Both the position numbers and the translations under genes were made by a program. A stretch of 64,000 nt of DNA. It comes from an uncultured Candidatus Saccharibacteria bacterium (lineage in GTDB: Bacteria > Patescibacteriota > Minisyncoccia > Phycocordibacterales > JAKAEA01). Under the pieces are notes generated by a model. The model worked only from the letters and a program-made list of their open reading frames with translations, was not told where the DNA came from and made no database searches. This document shows positions 9,580-18,075 of the stretch, piece by piece (the stretch's first letter is position 1; each line of letters opens with the position of its first letter). The stretch covers positions 150,163 through 214,162 of the forward strand of contig CAZNZK010000002.1 of the NCBI GenBank assembly GCA_964577595.1, in the 5' to 3' direction.

Positions 9580-10089
9580 GTGAATATGAAAATCTTCCTC
9601 ACAAAATTTGGTTTCTCTCTGGTGGAAATGCTCATCTATGTCAGTGTCCTAAGCGTTATTTTTTTGGTCATTGTTAACACAAGTCTTTCTTTCGTTGGTT
9701 CCTATAGGACACTCTCGGCTTTGCGGGCGGCCGACCACGGTGGCATCGACGCGTTAGAGCCGATAACCCGCGCCATTCGCGGTGCGGATACTATTGTTGG
9801 CACCGGCAATTCACTCACTCTTTCCGAGACGAATAGTGGCATTGCTACTACGACACTGTTTTCACTGGTTGGCGGTACCATAAATGAAACAGTTACAGTC
9901 AATGGTGTTCAAAACAATTCACTCTCGGGGCCGTTGACCGCTTCCGACGTAAACATCACCGCTCTTACCTTTACAGCGCTTGCGACAAGCACAGCCAGCG
10001 CGGTAAAAATAGACATGACCACCCAAGCTACCAGTGGTACGGTCACAAAAACAAAAAATTTTCATTCCACTGTAGTTTTACATGGTTAA
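9580..10089 (+). CDS. Minor pilin (PilW-like)
   Basis: FG|FSLVEMLIY. Confidence 0.8.
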   Translation: MNMKIFLTKFGFSLVEMLIYVSVLSVIFLVIVNTSLSFVGSYRTLSALRAADHGGIDALEPITRAIRGADTIVGTGNSLTLSETNSGIATTTLFSLVGGTINETVTVNGVQNNSLSGPLTASDVNITALTFTALATSTASAVKIDMTTQATSGTVTKTKNFHSTVVLHG

Positions 10090-12082
10090 TTCCGCCGCTT
10101 CTATGAAAAGTCATTTCAAAAATCATCCTAATCCTCAAGCTGGCCAGGCCATCCTCACCGCTATTATTTTCTTTTTGGCTATCAGCTTAACTATTGTTCT
10201 TGGTATTGCCACGCCGGTTATGCAGGCGGTAAAAATAGGTAACGATCTCATTCATTCAAAAGCCAGCTACTTTTCTGCCGAGGGCGCGTTGGAGGATGCT
10301 GTCTACCGCGTTAAGGCAGGAAACACCGTTAACAATGGCGACACGATAGTAGTTAATGGCTACACCACAACTATTGCTGTCACTTCCACGCTTAATGGCC
10401 AAAACCTTGAAGCCAGTTCAAATTACGGCGGGCTGTATCGCAATATGCAAGCCTCCCTTTCTACGGGCGCAGGCCTCTCTTTCAATTACGGCATGCAAAC
10501 GGGCGCTGGCGGTTTCTTCATTACTGGTGGTTCCACGGTCAATGGCAGTGTCTATTCCAACGGTCCAATCGTTGCCAACGGCGGGTCAAGAATAACTGGC
10601 GCGGCCATTTCCGCGGACAGCGCCTCGCTAGCTTCTGATCAGTCCAATACTTCGCCAACGCCCATCACCACGTGCACGAGCTCTACGTGTATCACCTTCG
10701 GCAATGCTGTGGCTACGCAGGATGTCGCCCAAAGTTTTCAGGTTTCCGCCGACGGGCCACTGCACGATGTGCAATTCTATCTCAAAAAGCAGGGTAGTCC
10801 GTCCAACATAACTGTGCGCATCGTCGCGGACAATGCCGGTGTGCCTTCCGGCACGGACCTCCTTTCGTCCGACGGCACTATTGCCGCTTCTGCCATTTCC
10901 AGTTCGGCCTTCGGCTGGGTGGATGCCACCCTCTCGTCCAATGACGTACTCTATGCCGGCGATACCTACTGGCTCATTTTGGATACCGGCAACAATTCAA
11001 GCAATTATTATTTTGTTGGCGCTAATAGCGGGGGCTATGCCGGTGGCTTGGCAAAAAATGGTCAATTTAAGGGCACTTGGACTGCCACCTCGCCAGCTGG
11101 CCTGGACGCCTACTTCAATTTATTTATGGGTGGTGCGTATGGTGTTGTGTGTGGCGGCACACTTACTACTAGCTGTGCCAGCTCTAATGGCGGAGCATTG
11201 ACTGTTGGCACGGGTAGTAGTGGAGACACGTGGGCACACATCGTCGGCGGGGTAAGTGGCATCGCCGGTACCAACTATTGCCAAGTGGGCGGCACGGGCA
11301 GTCCTTATTATGACGCAAAGGCGTGTACTACCACTAAGGGTGATCCTCCAGCGGTTTCTTTTCCCATTTCAGCCAGCAATATTTCCGACTGGGAGAGTCA
11401 AGCCAGCAACACTAGTGGCGGCTGGACGTATACTGGCGATTTAAATTTGGGTTATCAAGGCACCACCACAAGCACGCTGACGCATATTACCGGCAGTCTA
11501 TCTACAGGCGGTGGTGGTAATGACGTGTTTACTGGCGGCCTGGAGGTGGATGGCAACATGACCATTGGTGGTGGTAGTAGGGTAACCGCGGGCCCACTTC
11601 ACGTTAAGGGTAATTTGGGCGTGCAATCCACCGGCCTCACCATGACGGGCACTATTTGGGTGGAAGGCGTGCTTACTGTGGAAAGCGGCGGCAGTATTGC
11701 TCTCTCGTCACTTTACGGTGCCAATGGTGGCGTTATCGTCACTAACGGCCCTGTTACGCTTGATGGCGGCAGTTCTCTGCTTGGTTCCGGTAACTCATCA
11801 AGTTATGTGCTTTTAGCTACCGACAGCGACTGTCCCATTTCTCCAAGCTGTGGTGGTGACGACGCCGTTCTTATTTCAGGCGGTTCTGGCGCGGTTCTCG
11901 TGTACGCGCCCAACGGCACTATTAATATGGATGGCGGTACCAACGTGGACGCTATGGCCGCCAATGAGATAGACCTTTCTGGTGGTGCTACGCTCAATTA
12001 TAATAGTGGCTTGGTGAACGTTAACTTCAGTAGCGGCCCCACGGGCGGTTGGAATGTTTCCAGTTGGCAGGAAGTGCAATGA
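10082..12082 (+). CDS. PilX-like minor pilin with large Gly/Ser/Thr-rich extracellular domains
   Basis: AG|QAILTA (no E5), ASYFSAEGALEDA, terminal SSWQE; Gly-rich beta repeats. Confidence 0.75.
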   Translation: MVNSAASMKSHFKNHPNPQAGQAILTAIIFFLAISLTIVLGIATPVMQAVKIGNDLIHSKASYFSAEGALEDAVYRVKAGNTVNNGDTIVVNGYTTTIAVTSTLNGQNLEASSNYGGLYRNMQASLSTGAGLSFNYGMQTGAGGFFITGGSTVNGSVYSNGPIVANGGSRITGAAISADSASLASDQSNTSPTPITTCTSSTCITFGNAVATQDVAQSFQVSADGPLHDVQFYLKKQGSPSNITVRIVADNAGVPSGTDLLSSDGTIAASAISSSAFGWVDATLSSNDVLYAGDTYWLILDTGNNSSNYYFVGANSGGYAGGLAKNGQFKGTWTATSPAGLDAYFNLFMGGAYGVVCGGTLTTSCASSNGGALTVGTGSSGDTWAHIVGGVSGIAGTNYCQVGGTGSPYYDAKACTTTKGDPPAVSFPISASNISDWESQASNTSGGWTYTGDLNLGYQGTTTSTLTHITGSLSTGGGGNDVFTGGLEVDGNMTIGGGSRVTAGPLHVKGNLGVQSTGLTMTGTIWVEGVLTVESGGSIALSSLYGANGGVIVTNGPVTLDGGSSLLGSGNSSSYVLLATDSDCPISPSCGGDDAVLISGGSGAVLVYAPNGTINMDGGTNVDAMAANEIDLSGGATLNYNSGLVNVNFSSGPTGGWNVSSWQEVQ

Positions 12083-12166
12083 AGCACCACTTTTGACACT
12101 GTTGTAGTAAAAATCTCACTCACGTTGGAATTTTTTGCCATCGGTTAAATATGATATGCTGAAACA

Positions 12167-12928
12167 ATGGCACAAAAGAAAAAAATCATCATAGGCAACT
12201 GGAAGATGAATCCGGTGAGCGTTACCGAAGCGACGGATATTTTTAAAAAAATTCAGAAGGGCGCGGTAGGCACGAAAGCACAGGTTGTTATTTGTCCACC
12301 CTATATTTATATAGATGCTCTTGCTCGGCACAATAAATCGGACACGGTTCTTTTAGGCGCACAAAATCTCAATGCTGAGCCGGCTGGCGCTCGCACGGGC
12401 GAAATTTCCGGCGATTTACTCAAGCAGTTTGGTCTTAGTTACGTTATTCTTGGGCATTCCGAGCGCCGGGAGCTCGGCGAAACCGACGCGGCTGTTAATA
12501 CCAAAATTCTGGCGGCTCTCGCTTGGAAATTTAAGCCGGTGCTCTGTATTGGTGAAAAAGCTCGCGACGATGACGGTAATTACTTAGGGTTTATTAAGAA
12601 TCAAATAGAACAGGCCCTTTTAGGCGTCAAAAAAGAGCAGTTGGGCCAGTTGGTTATTGCCTATGAGCCAGTGTGGGCCATTGGCGCGGCCACGGCCATG
12701 ACGCCTTCCTCTGTGCACGAAATGGTCCTTTTCATTCGCAAAACCCTCTTTGAACTCTACAAAACTCGTACTATTTCCACACCAATTATTTATGGTGGTT
12801 CCGTTAAGCCCGAAAATGCCGAAGCGATTATGAATGAGGGTGAAGCTGGCGGTTTGCTCATTGGTCGCCAAAGTTTGGATCCGGCGGCATTCAGCGCCAT
12901 TATCACTATCGCTAGTTCTCTTTCTTAA
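12167..12928 (+). CDS. tpiA: Triosephosphate isomerase
   Basis: GNWKMN, GHSERR, AYEPVWAIG, YGGSV. Confidence 0.97.
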   Translation: MAQKKKIIIGNWKMNPVSVTEATDIFKKIQKGAVGTKAQVVICPPYIYIDALARHNKSDTVLLGAQNLNAEPAGARTGEISGDLLKQFGLSYVILGHSERRELGETDAAVNTKILAALAWKFKPVLCIGEKARDDDGNYLGFIKNQIEQALLGVKKEQLGQLVIAYEPVWAIGAATAMTPSSVHEMVLFIRKTLFELYKTRTISTPIIYGGSVKPENAEAIMNEGEAGGLLIGRQSLDPAAFSAIITIASSLS

Positions 12929-14074
12929 ATGGACGCGTCAATCCATACGCTTAACGATTTGCCCGACGTCAACGGAGTGCCCGTATTAGTGCGTTTAGAT
13001 TTTAACGTGCCTATAGCTGATGGCAGGGTAGTAGACGATTATCGCATTAAAAAATCCCTGCCAACCATTGAACTCCTGCGCGAGCGCGGAGCAAAAGTCA
13101 TTATTTTGAGCCATATTGAGGGCGTGAGCGATACCCTGCGACCTGTTTTTGAATATCTTAAGCGGTTAATGCCTATTGATTTCTGTGCCGACATTCTCGC
13201 CGAGGGCGCAGGCAAAATTGCCACAATGAAAGCTGGTGATATTTTGCTCGCAGAAAATATCCGAAAATATCCGGGGGAAAAGCAAAATGATGCCGTTTTT
13301 ACCGCAGAGCTTGCCGCTCTGGGAAAATTCTATGTGGATGATGCTTTTTCTGTAGCTCATCGCGATCATGCTTCGGTTGTTGGTCTGCCTTCACTATTGC
13401 CCGGCTTCATTGGTATTCAATTTGAAAAAGAAATCGCGGCCCTCTCCTCCTGTTTCTCGCCGGCTCACCCATTCTTGTTTATTTTGGCCGGAGCAAAATT
13501 TGATACGAAATTGCCGTTGGTCCAGAAATTCCTCACTATCGCCGACAATGTTTTTGTTGGAGGTGCTCTTTCCAATGACGTTTACAAGGCTCGGGGTTTG
13601 GCCGTTGGCACGTCGCTCATTTCCAATATGGGTACCGATATCTCCTTTTCCGAAATGGTCGCTAACCCGAAGCTTATAGTGCCGGTAGACATTGTTGTGC
13701 AATCGCCGAATGGGGCTAAAACACTATTACCCAACGCTATTGGCCCCGAAGATGCTGTCATGGATGCCGGGCCGGCTAGCATAGAGCAGTTGCGTGCTTT
13801 AGTTGCCGACGCGAAGCATATCCTCTGGAACGGCACCCTCGGTGCGTATGAAAAAGGTTTTATTGAACCCACAAAAGAATTAGCAAAAATTGTGGCCGCG
13901 GCCACCGTGCGCGGTGCTACCACTATCATTGGCGGGGGAGACACACTCGCCGCTATCGGCAGTGAGGGCCAGGAATCTTCCTTTACCTTCGTTTCCACCG
14001 GCGGCGGCGCGATGCTTGATTATTTGGCCCAAGGAACGTTGCCGGGGTTGGAGGCTTTAAAAAATAATAAATAA
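12929..14074 (+). CDS. pgk: Phosphoglycerate kinase
   Basis: RLDFNVP, DAFSVAHR.HAS, GGGDT, STGGGA. Confidence 0.95.
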   Translation: MDASIHTLNDLPDVNGVPVLVRLDFNVPIADGRVVDDYRIKKSLPTIELLRERGAKVIILSHIEGVSDTLRPVFEYLKRLMPIDFCADILAEGAGKIATMKAGDILLAENIRKYPGEKQNDAVFTAELAALGKFYVDDAFSVAHRDHASVVGLPSLLPGFIGIQFEKEIAALSSCFSPAHPFLFILAGAKFDTKLPLVQKFLTIADNVFVGGALSNDVYKARGLAVGTSLISNMGTDISFSEMVANPKLIVPVDIVVQSPNGAKTLLPNAIGPEDAVMDAGPASIEQLRALVADAKHILWNGTLGAYEKGFIEPTKELAKIVAAATVRGATTIIGGGDTLAAIGSEGQESSFTFVSTGGGAMLDYLAQGTLPGLEALKNNK

Positions 14075-14098
14075 AAAGGGAGGAAATAGTTTCCTCCC
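14073..14098 (-). terminator. Intrinsic terminator between convergent pgk and ORF 14124-14468
   Basis: A5-GGGAGGAAA-tag-TTTCCTCCC. Confidence 0.65.
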
Positions 14099-14123
14099 TC
14101 AGTTTCGGTTAAACGATCATCAG

Positions 14124-14468
14124 TTAGTGGCGACCCCTCACCCTCTCTAAAAATTTTTGGTGTTCGGCTATTTTTTGTACATAGTCGCTAAAGCATAAGG
14201 GTGTTGTGCGAAGATTAAAACGACCAAATGCCGCTAAATGTTCGCCTCGCGGACCCGAAAGTGGCCCAACCACTACTGGCTCCCACAAAGAAAGCTTGCT
14301 TGCGATTTTCCGATACACAACCGTGGCTTGTTGTAGTATATGGCCCAAGCTTTGGTTCTCCATATCTACAAACACTGTATTTGCCCGTCCGCTTCTTAAG
14401 ATGGCCACGCAAGTATCAGGAGAATCTCCATCGGCAAAATGGAGTACCCGATTTTGTATCTTTTCCAT
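14124..14468 (-). CDS. Hypothetical protein (~114 aa)
   Basis: ORF with SD-like GAGAGG before ATG, upstream TGnTATATT -10 and downstream terminator; no recognised family. Confidence 0.6.
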   Translation of the reverse strand: MEKIQNRVLHFADGDSPDTCVAILRSGRANTVFVDMENQSLGHILQQATVVYRKIASKLSLWEPVVVGPLSGPRGEHLAAFGRFNLRTTPLCFSDYVQKIAEHQKFLERVRGRH

Positions 14469-14536
14469 AAACACCTCTCAAAATCTAAAAAATTACGGAA
14501 AACATTTCTGGGGTCAATATATCACGGTTTGAAAAT

Positions 14537-14560
14537 AAAAAAACCGCAGCGATCTGCGGT
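14537..14560 (-). terminator. Intrinsic terminator of the candidate ncRNA
   Basis: ACCGCAG-atcg-CTGCGGT then T-run on minus strand. Confidence 0.75.
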
Positions 14561-14894
14561 AATAGAGAAAGGAGAAATCTCAAACCTTGGTTCTGCCTTG
14601 CACGTGGGGCTTAAGCTTCAGCAGAGATTCCTCCATTCTAGTTTAACGGCCTTCGCAAGCCGAGCCGGGAGACGCTGTCAGGCGGCGTTTCCAAATACCA
14701 TTAGGATGAATTCCAGAGTTGCAGTGATTAGACGCGTTAGGGTCGTGGGAATGTTTTAGCCTGGTTAAGGCATACCATGACCCGCCCTTTACCCGGCGGT
14801 CCTAAGCGGTTTACAGCTACTAGGACCACTGGGGCAGTGCCCCCGGTTTCAACGCTGACTTGACTAATCGTGCCACTGCATTGCCACTTCATCC
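14537..14894 (-). ncRNA. Candidate large structured non-coding RNA (~360 nt), family unassigned
   Basis: Nested helices GGATGAA/TTCATCC, TGCAGTG/CACTGCA, GATTAG/CTAATC, GCGTT/AACGC, GGGGC/GCCCC, GTGGTCCTA/TAGGACCGC, GGGTCATGG/CCACGACCC, CGGCTT-GCGA-AGGCCG (GNRA), GGAGGAATCTC/GAGATTTCTCC; own promoter and terminator. Confidence 0.75.
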
Positions 14895-14900
14895 ATTGAG

Positions 14901-14929
14901 AAGATAGCATACGTGGAAGTTTTTGACTA
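14901..14929 (-). promoter_or_regulatory. Promoter of the candidate ncRNA
   Basis: TAGTCA-17bp-TATCTT with TG extension; predicted TSS ~14894 coincides with the first paired base. Confidence 0.55.
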
Positions 14930-14941
14930 TTGTACTAATAG

Positions 14942-15304
14942 TTACATATTATCTTTTACTTTCTTCGCATTTTCCTCAAAATCTTTTGGTTTGCCAGTAG
15001 CAGTACTGGGGTTTTGAAATATCCAAATGTGCGCGTGAGGCACTTCTTCGCCAACGATTTTGCTTGAAATAGCTTCAGTATTGAAGGCTTTTTGCATGGC
15101 CTTGGCGATTTTGCGGGCGATTTCAAAGTACTCGCCTGCGGCTGGCACATCCCAGACCCAACGATAGTGTTTTTTAGGAATTACTAATGTATGGCCAGCC
15201 GACTCTGGATTAATAGATAAAAAAGCCAAGTAGTTTTCATCCTCATATACCTTATGGGCCGGAATTTCTCCCGCCACGATTTTGCAGAATATGCAATCCT
15301 TCAT
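14942..15304 (-). CDS. HIT family nucleotide hydrolase (Hint-like)
   Basis: DCIFCKI, GHTLVIPKKH, VPHAHIW. Confidence 0.92.
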   Translation of the reverse strand: MKDCIFCKIVAGEIPAHKVYEDENYLAFLSINPESAGHTLVIPKKHYRWVWDVPAAGEYFEIARKIAKAMQKAFNTEAISSKIVGEEVPHAHIWIFQNPSTATGKPKDFEENAKKVKDNM

Positions 15305-15323
15305 GTGTAGTATTATAGCAAGA
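15305..15323. promoter_or_regulatory. Bidirectional overlapping -10 elements for leaderless HIT and recJ
   Basis: TATTAT (+, 15311-16) and TATAAT (-, 15317-12), each 7 nt from an ATG. Confidence 0.65.
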
Positions 15324-17048
15324 ATGAAAAAGTACGTTTTACGCGAAGCTTTAGTTCCAAATGGCGACCTGCTTCAGCAATTGCTCGCGTATCGCGGGGT
15401 CACGGAAAATGGGGCGCGGGAAGTATTTCTCAACCCTTCCTATGAAGAACATTTGCACGATCCTTTCTTATTGAAAGGCATGAAAGAGGCGGTGGCGCGT
15501 ATTAAATTAGCGATTAAGAACGACGAACACATCGTTATTTATTCCGATTACGATGCTGATGGCATTCCTGCTGCTGTGGTAATGCATGATTTTTTTAAGA
15601 TGATTGGCTATAAGAATTTTCAGGTATACATTCCGCATCGGCACAAGGAAGGGTTTGGTTTGCACGTGTTGGCGATTGATTCATTGCTGGCGACTGGCGC
15701 GGAGCCGAAAGTCCTTATTACGCTTGATTGCGGCATTACTGACGCCGAAGAGGTTGTCCACGCCCGCTCCAAAGGGATTGATGTCATTATTACCGACCAC
15801 CATATGCCGCCGGCCGAGTTGCCGCCAGCTTTTGCGGTAATTGATCCAAAACAGCCAGGGTGCGAATATCCTTTTAAGGAATTGTGTGGGGCGGGTGTGG
15901 CTTTCAAGTTGGTGCAGGGGCTTTTGGCGGGCGGTGACTTTCATACCGCCCCCGGCGCGGAGAAGTGGCTATTGGACATGGTTGGCCTGGCCACGCTTTC
16001 CGACATGGTGCCCTTGGTGGGTGAAAATCGTGTGCTGGCTCGCTACGGCCTAATGGTTCTGCGAAAGTCGCGCCGACCGGGTTTGCGGGCGCTTTTGCGG
16101 ATTTTGAAAATTGATCAGCGCTATATCACCGAGGACGACATTGGTTTTATGATAACGCCTCGCCTCAATGCCGCTTCGCGCATGGGAGAACCTATAGATG
16201 CGTTTACGTTACTTTCTACGAGCGACGTTGCGCAGGCTGACATGTTGGCCGCAAAACTCAATGCTTCCAATGACGAGCGCAAGGGTCTTGTAGGTTCGCT
16301 AGTGAAGGAGATAAATAAAATAATGAGTGAGCGGGCCGAGCATTTTGCCGCGCGACGCGTGATTGTTTTGGGAAACCCCTTGTGGCGGCCGGCTATTTTG
16401 GGTTTGGCTGCCGGAAATTTGGCTGAAGAATATGGCAAGCCGGTGTTTTTGTGGGGGCGGGAAGATGGGCCGACTATTAAAGGTTCGTGCCGTTCTGGTG
16501 GTGTGGCGAATTTGGTTGCTATTATGCAAGCCGCGCACGATGTTTTTGGGGATGTATTTTTAGATTTTGGCGGCCATCACGTTTCCGGCGGTTTCTCGCT
16601 CAATGCCGACACGGTGCATCATTTGGAAGATAGACTTGAAGAAGCACTGGCCAAGGTTGTTGCCGCGGAGCCTGTGGTAGAAGGCGGTGTAGATCGCGAC
16701 ATTGTGCTTTTGGACAGTACGCTCACTCTCGCTGATATTCAATCCAAAACGTATGCCGCCATTGAAAAGCTTTCACCATTTGGCGTTGCCAACACGAAGC
16801 CACTTTTTATTTTTAAGAATGTCGGCATTAAAACGGTGCGGCAATTTGGTAAAACAAAAAATCACCTGGAGCTCATGCTTGTTGGTGAAAATAGCGGGCC
16901 GGTGAAGGCTATTAGTTTTTTTGCCACGCCGGATGACTTTGCTCGCAGGCCGGAAGAAGGTGGCTCGGCTGACATTGTCGCCAATATTGAGAAATCTTTT
17001 TTCGGCTACCGGCCGGAGCTACGTTTACGAATCGTTGATATTGTGTAA
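15324..17048 (+). CDS. recJ: ssDNA exonuclease RecJ
   Basis: DYDADG, TLDCG, TDHH, LCGAGVAFKL, PRLNAASR, GSCRS, GGH. Confidence 0.95.
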   Translation: MKKYVLREALVPNGDLLQQLLAYRGVTENGAREVFLNPSYEEHLHDPFLLKGMKEAVARIKLAIKNDEHIVIYSDYDADGIPAAVVMHDFFKMIGYKNFQVYIPHRHKEGFGLHVLAIDSLLATGAEPKVLITLDCGITDAEEVVHARSKGIDVIITDHHMPPAELPPAFAVIDPKQPGCEYPFKELCGAGVAFKLVQGLLAGGDFHTAPGAEKWLLDMVGLATLSDMVPLVGENRVLARYGLMVLRKSRRPGLRALLRILKIDQRYITEDDIGFMITPRLNAASRMGEPIDAFTLLSTSDVAQADMLAAKLNASNDERKGLVGSLVKEINKIMSERAEHFAARRVIVLGNPLWRPAILGLAAGNLAEEYGKPVFLWGREDGPTIKGSCRSGGVANLVAIMQAAHDVFGDVFLDFGGHHVSGGFSLNADTVHHLEDRLEEALAKVVAAEPVVEGGVDRDIVLLDSTLTLADIQSKTYAAIEKLSPFGVANTKPLFIFKNVGIKTVRQFGKTKNHLELMLVGENSGPVKAISFFATPDDFARRPEEGGSADIVANIEKSFFGYRPELRLRIVDIV

Positions 17049-17060
17049 TTCTATAGACTC

Positions 17061-17831
17061 ATGAAAAAAACTTCTGAAAAGAATTTGGCGGATATTATTA
17101 TTTTTACCGACGGCGCTTCTTCGGGCAATCCGGGGCCGGGCGGATGGGGGAGTATCGTGGCCATGCTCGGTGAAAAAGAAAGCCGTGTGGCCGAGCTGGG
17201 CGGTGGTGAGGCACGCACCACTAATAACAGAATGGAATTGGCGGCGGCTATTGGCGGCCTAGAGCATGTTGCGGCTATGGCTGGCACCGTTATCGTCTAT
17301 ACCGATTCTAAATATGTACGTGACGGTATAGAAAAGTGGGTGCCGGTGTGGCAAAAGCGCGGCTGGAAAACCACCGCCAAAGCCGATGTGCTCAATCGCG
17401 ATTTGTGGGAAAAACTTTTTGAAGTAACAAATGAGCGAAAGGAAAAAATACTATGGCGGCTAGTGGGCGGTCATCGAGACGTGCCCGCCAACGAGCGTTG
17501 TGATGAAATCGCTGTGGCTTTTGCTAAAAACACCAAGCTAAAACTTTTTAGCGGCGCACTCAAAGAATATTCTTTAGACCTTCTGCCTTTTGCCGATATG
17601 GATGCCGTGGAAAAATCGTTGACCGGGCTCGATAAACGGAGCCGCTCGGGTTCAAAAAGTTCCTCGCAAAAAGCCTATTCATATATAAGTATGGTTGGTG
17701 GCAAAATCCTCGTTCATAAAACCTGGCCCGAATGCTTTGCCCGTATCAACGGCGTTTCCGGTGCCCGTTTCAAAAAAGCCCTTTCTGGTGACGATGAAAA
17801 ACGCATCAGCGCTGAATTTAAAAGTCTGTAG
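17061..17831 (+). CDS. rnhA: Ribonuclease HI with C-terminal viroplasmin/hybrid-binding-like domain
   Basis: FTDGASSGNPGPGGW, TTNNRMEL, TDSKY, NERCD; C-terminal TWPECFARINGVSGARFKK. Confidence 0.93.
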   Translation: MKKTSEKNLADIIIFTDGASSGNPGPGGWGSIVAMLGEKESRVAELGGGEARTTNNRMELAAAIGGLEHVAAMAGTVIVYTDSKYVRDGIEKWVPVWQKRGWKTTAKADVLNRDLWEKLFEVTNERKEKILWRLVGGHRDVPANERCDEIAVAFAKNTKLKLFSGALKEYSLDLLPFADMDAVEKSLTGLDKRSRSGSKSSSQKAYSYISMVGGKILVHKTWPECFARINGVSGARFKKALSGDDEKRISAEFKSL

Positions 17832-17832
17832 T

Positions 17833-17867
17833 AAAAGAAAAATCACCCCGGAAACATTCGGGGTGAT
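17833..17867 (-). terminator. Intrinsic terminator (T-tract on minus strand)
   Basis: ATCACCCCG/CGGGGTGAT stem flanked by an A-run at 17833-17842. Confidence 0.65.
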
Positions 17868-17894
17868 GAGGGTGCGCGAACAAAGAACGGCAGA

Positions 17895-18075
17895 CTAGAA
17901 GCCAACCATAGCATCAGCTATGCTGCCAGCTTCCACGTTGTGTTTCAGGACGGCGCCAGTGCGCAAGTCTTCAGTCGCATATTTAGCCATCTTCTTGATG
18001 TGAGCTGGGGTAAACTGGAAGCGATTACTCCTGCGGTCTTTTTCGTTATTCCAGAGATCAAGCATCTGGGTGAAT
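17895..18075 (-). pseudogene. Possible 3' stump of a minus-strand gene
   Basis: Protein-like C-terminal reading (MLDLWNNEKDRRSNRFQFTPAHIKKMAKYATEDLR...) ending just upstream of a correctly oriented terminator; 5' part runs into purC-purE antisense. Confidence 0.35.

Noticed and set aside
14439-14759. 106-aa plus-strand ORF over the structured region
   Set aside because: No recognisable motif; overlaps a minus-strand gene start, a terminator and RNA helices
14537-14894. RNase P RNA, tmRNA or tRNA
   Set aside because: CTAGAATG and CAGAACC weakly echo RNase P CR-IV/V, but GAGGAAAGTCC and P4 pairing are absent; no tRNA-like ends, T-loop or CCA
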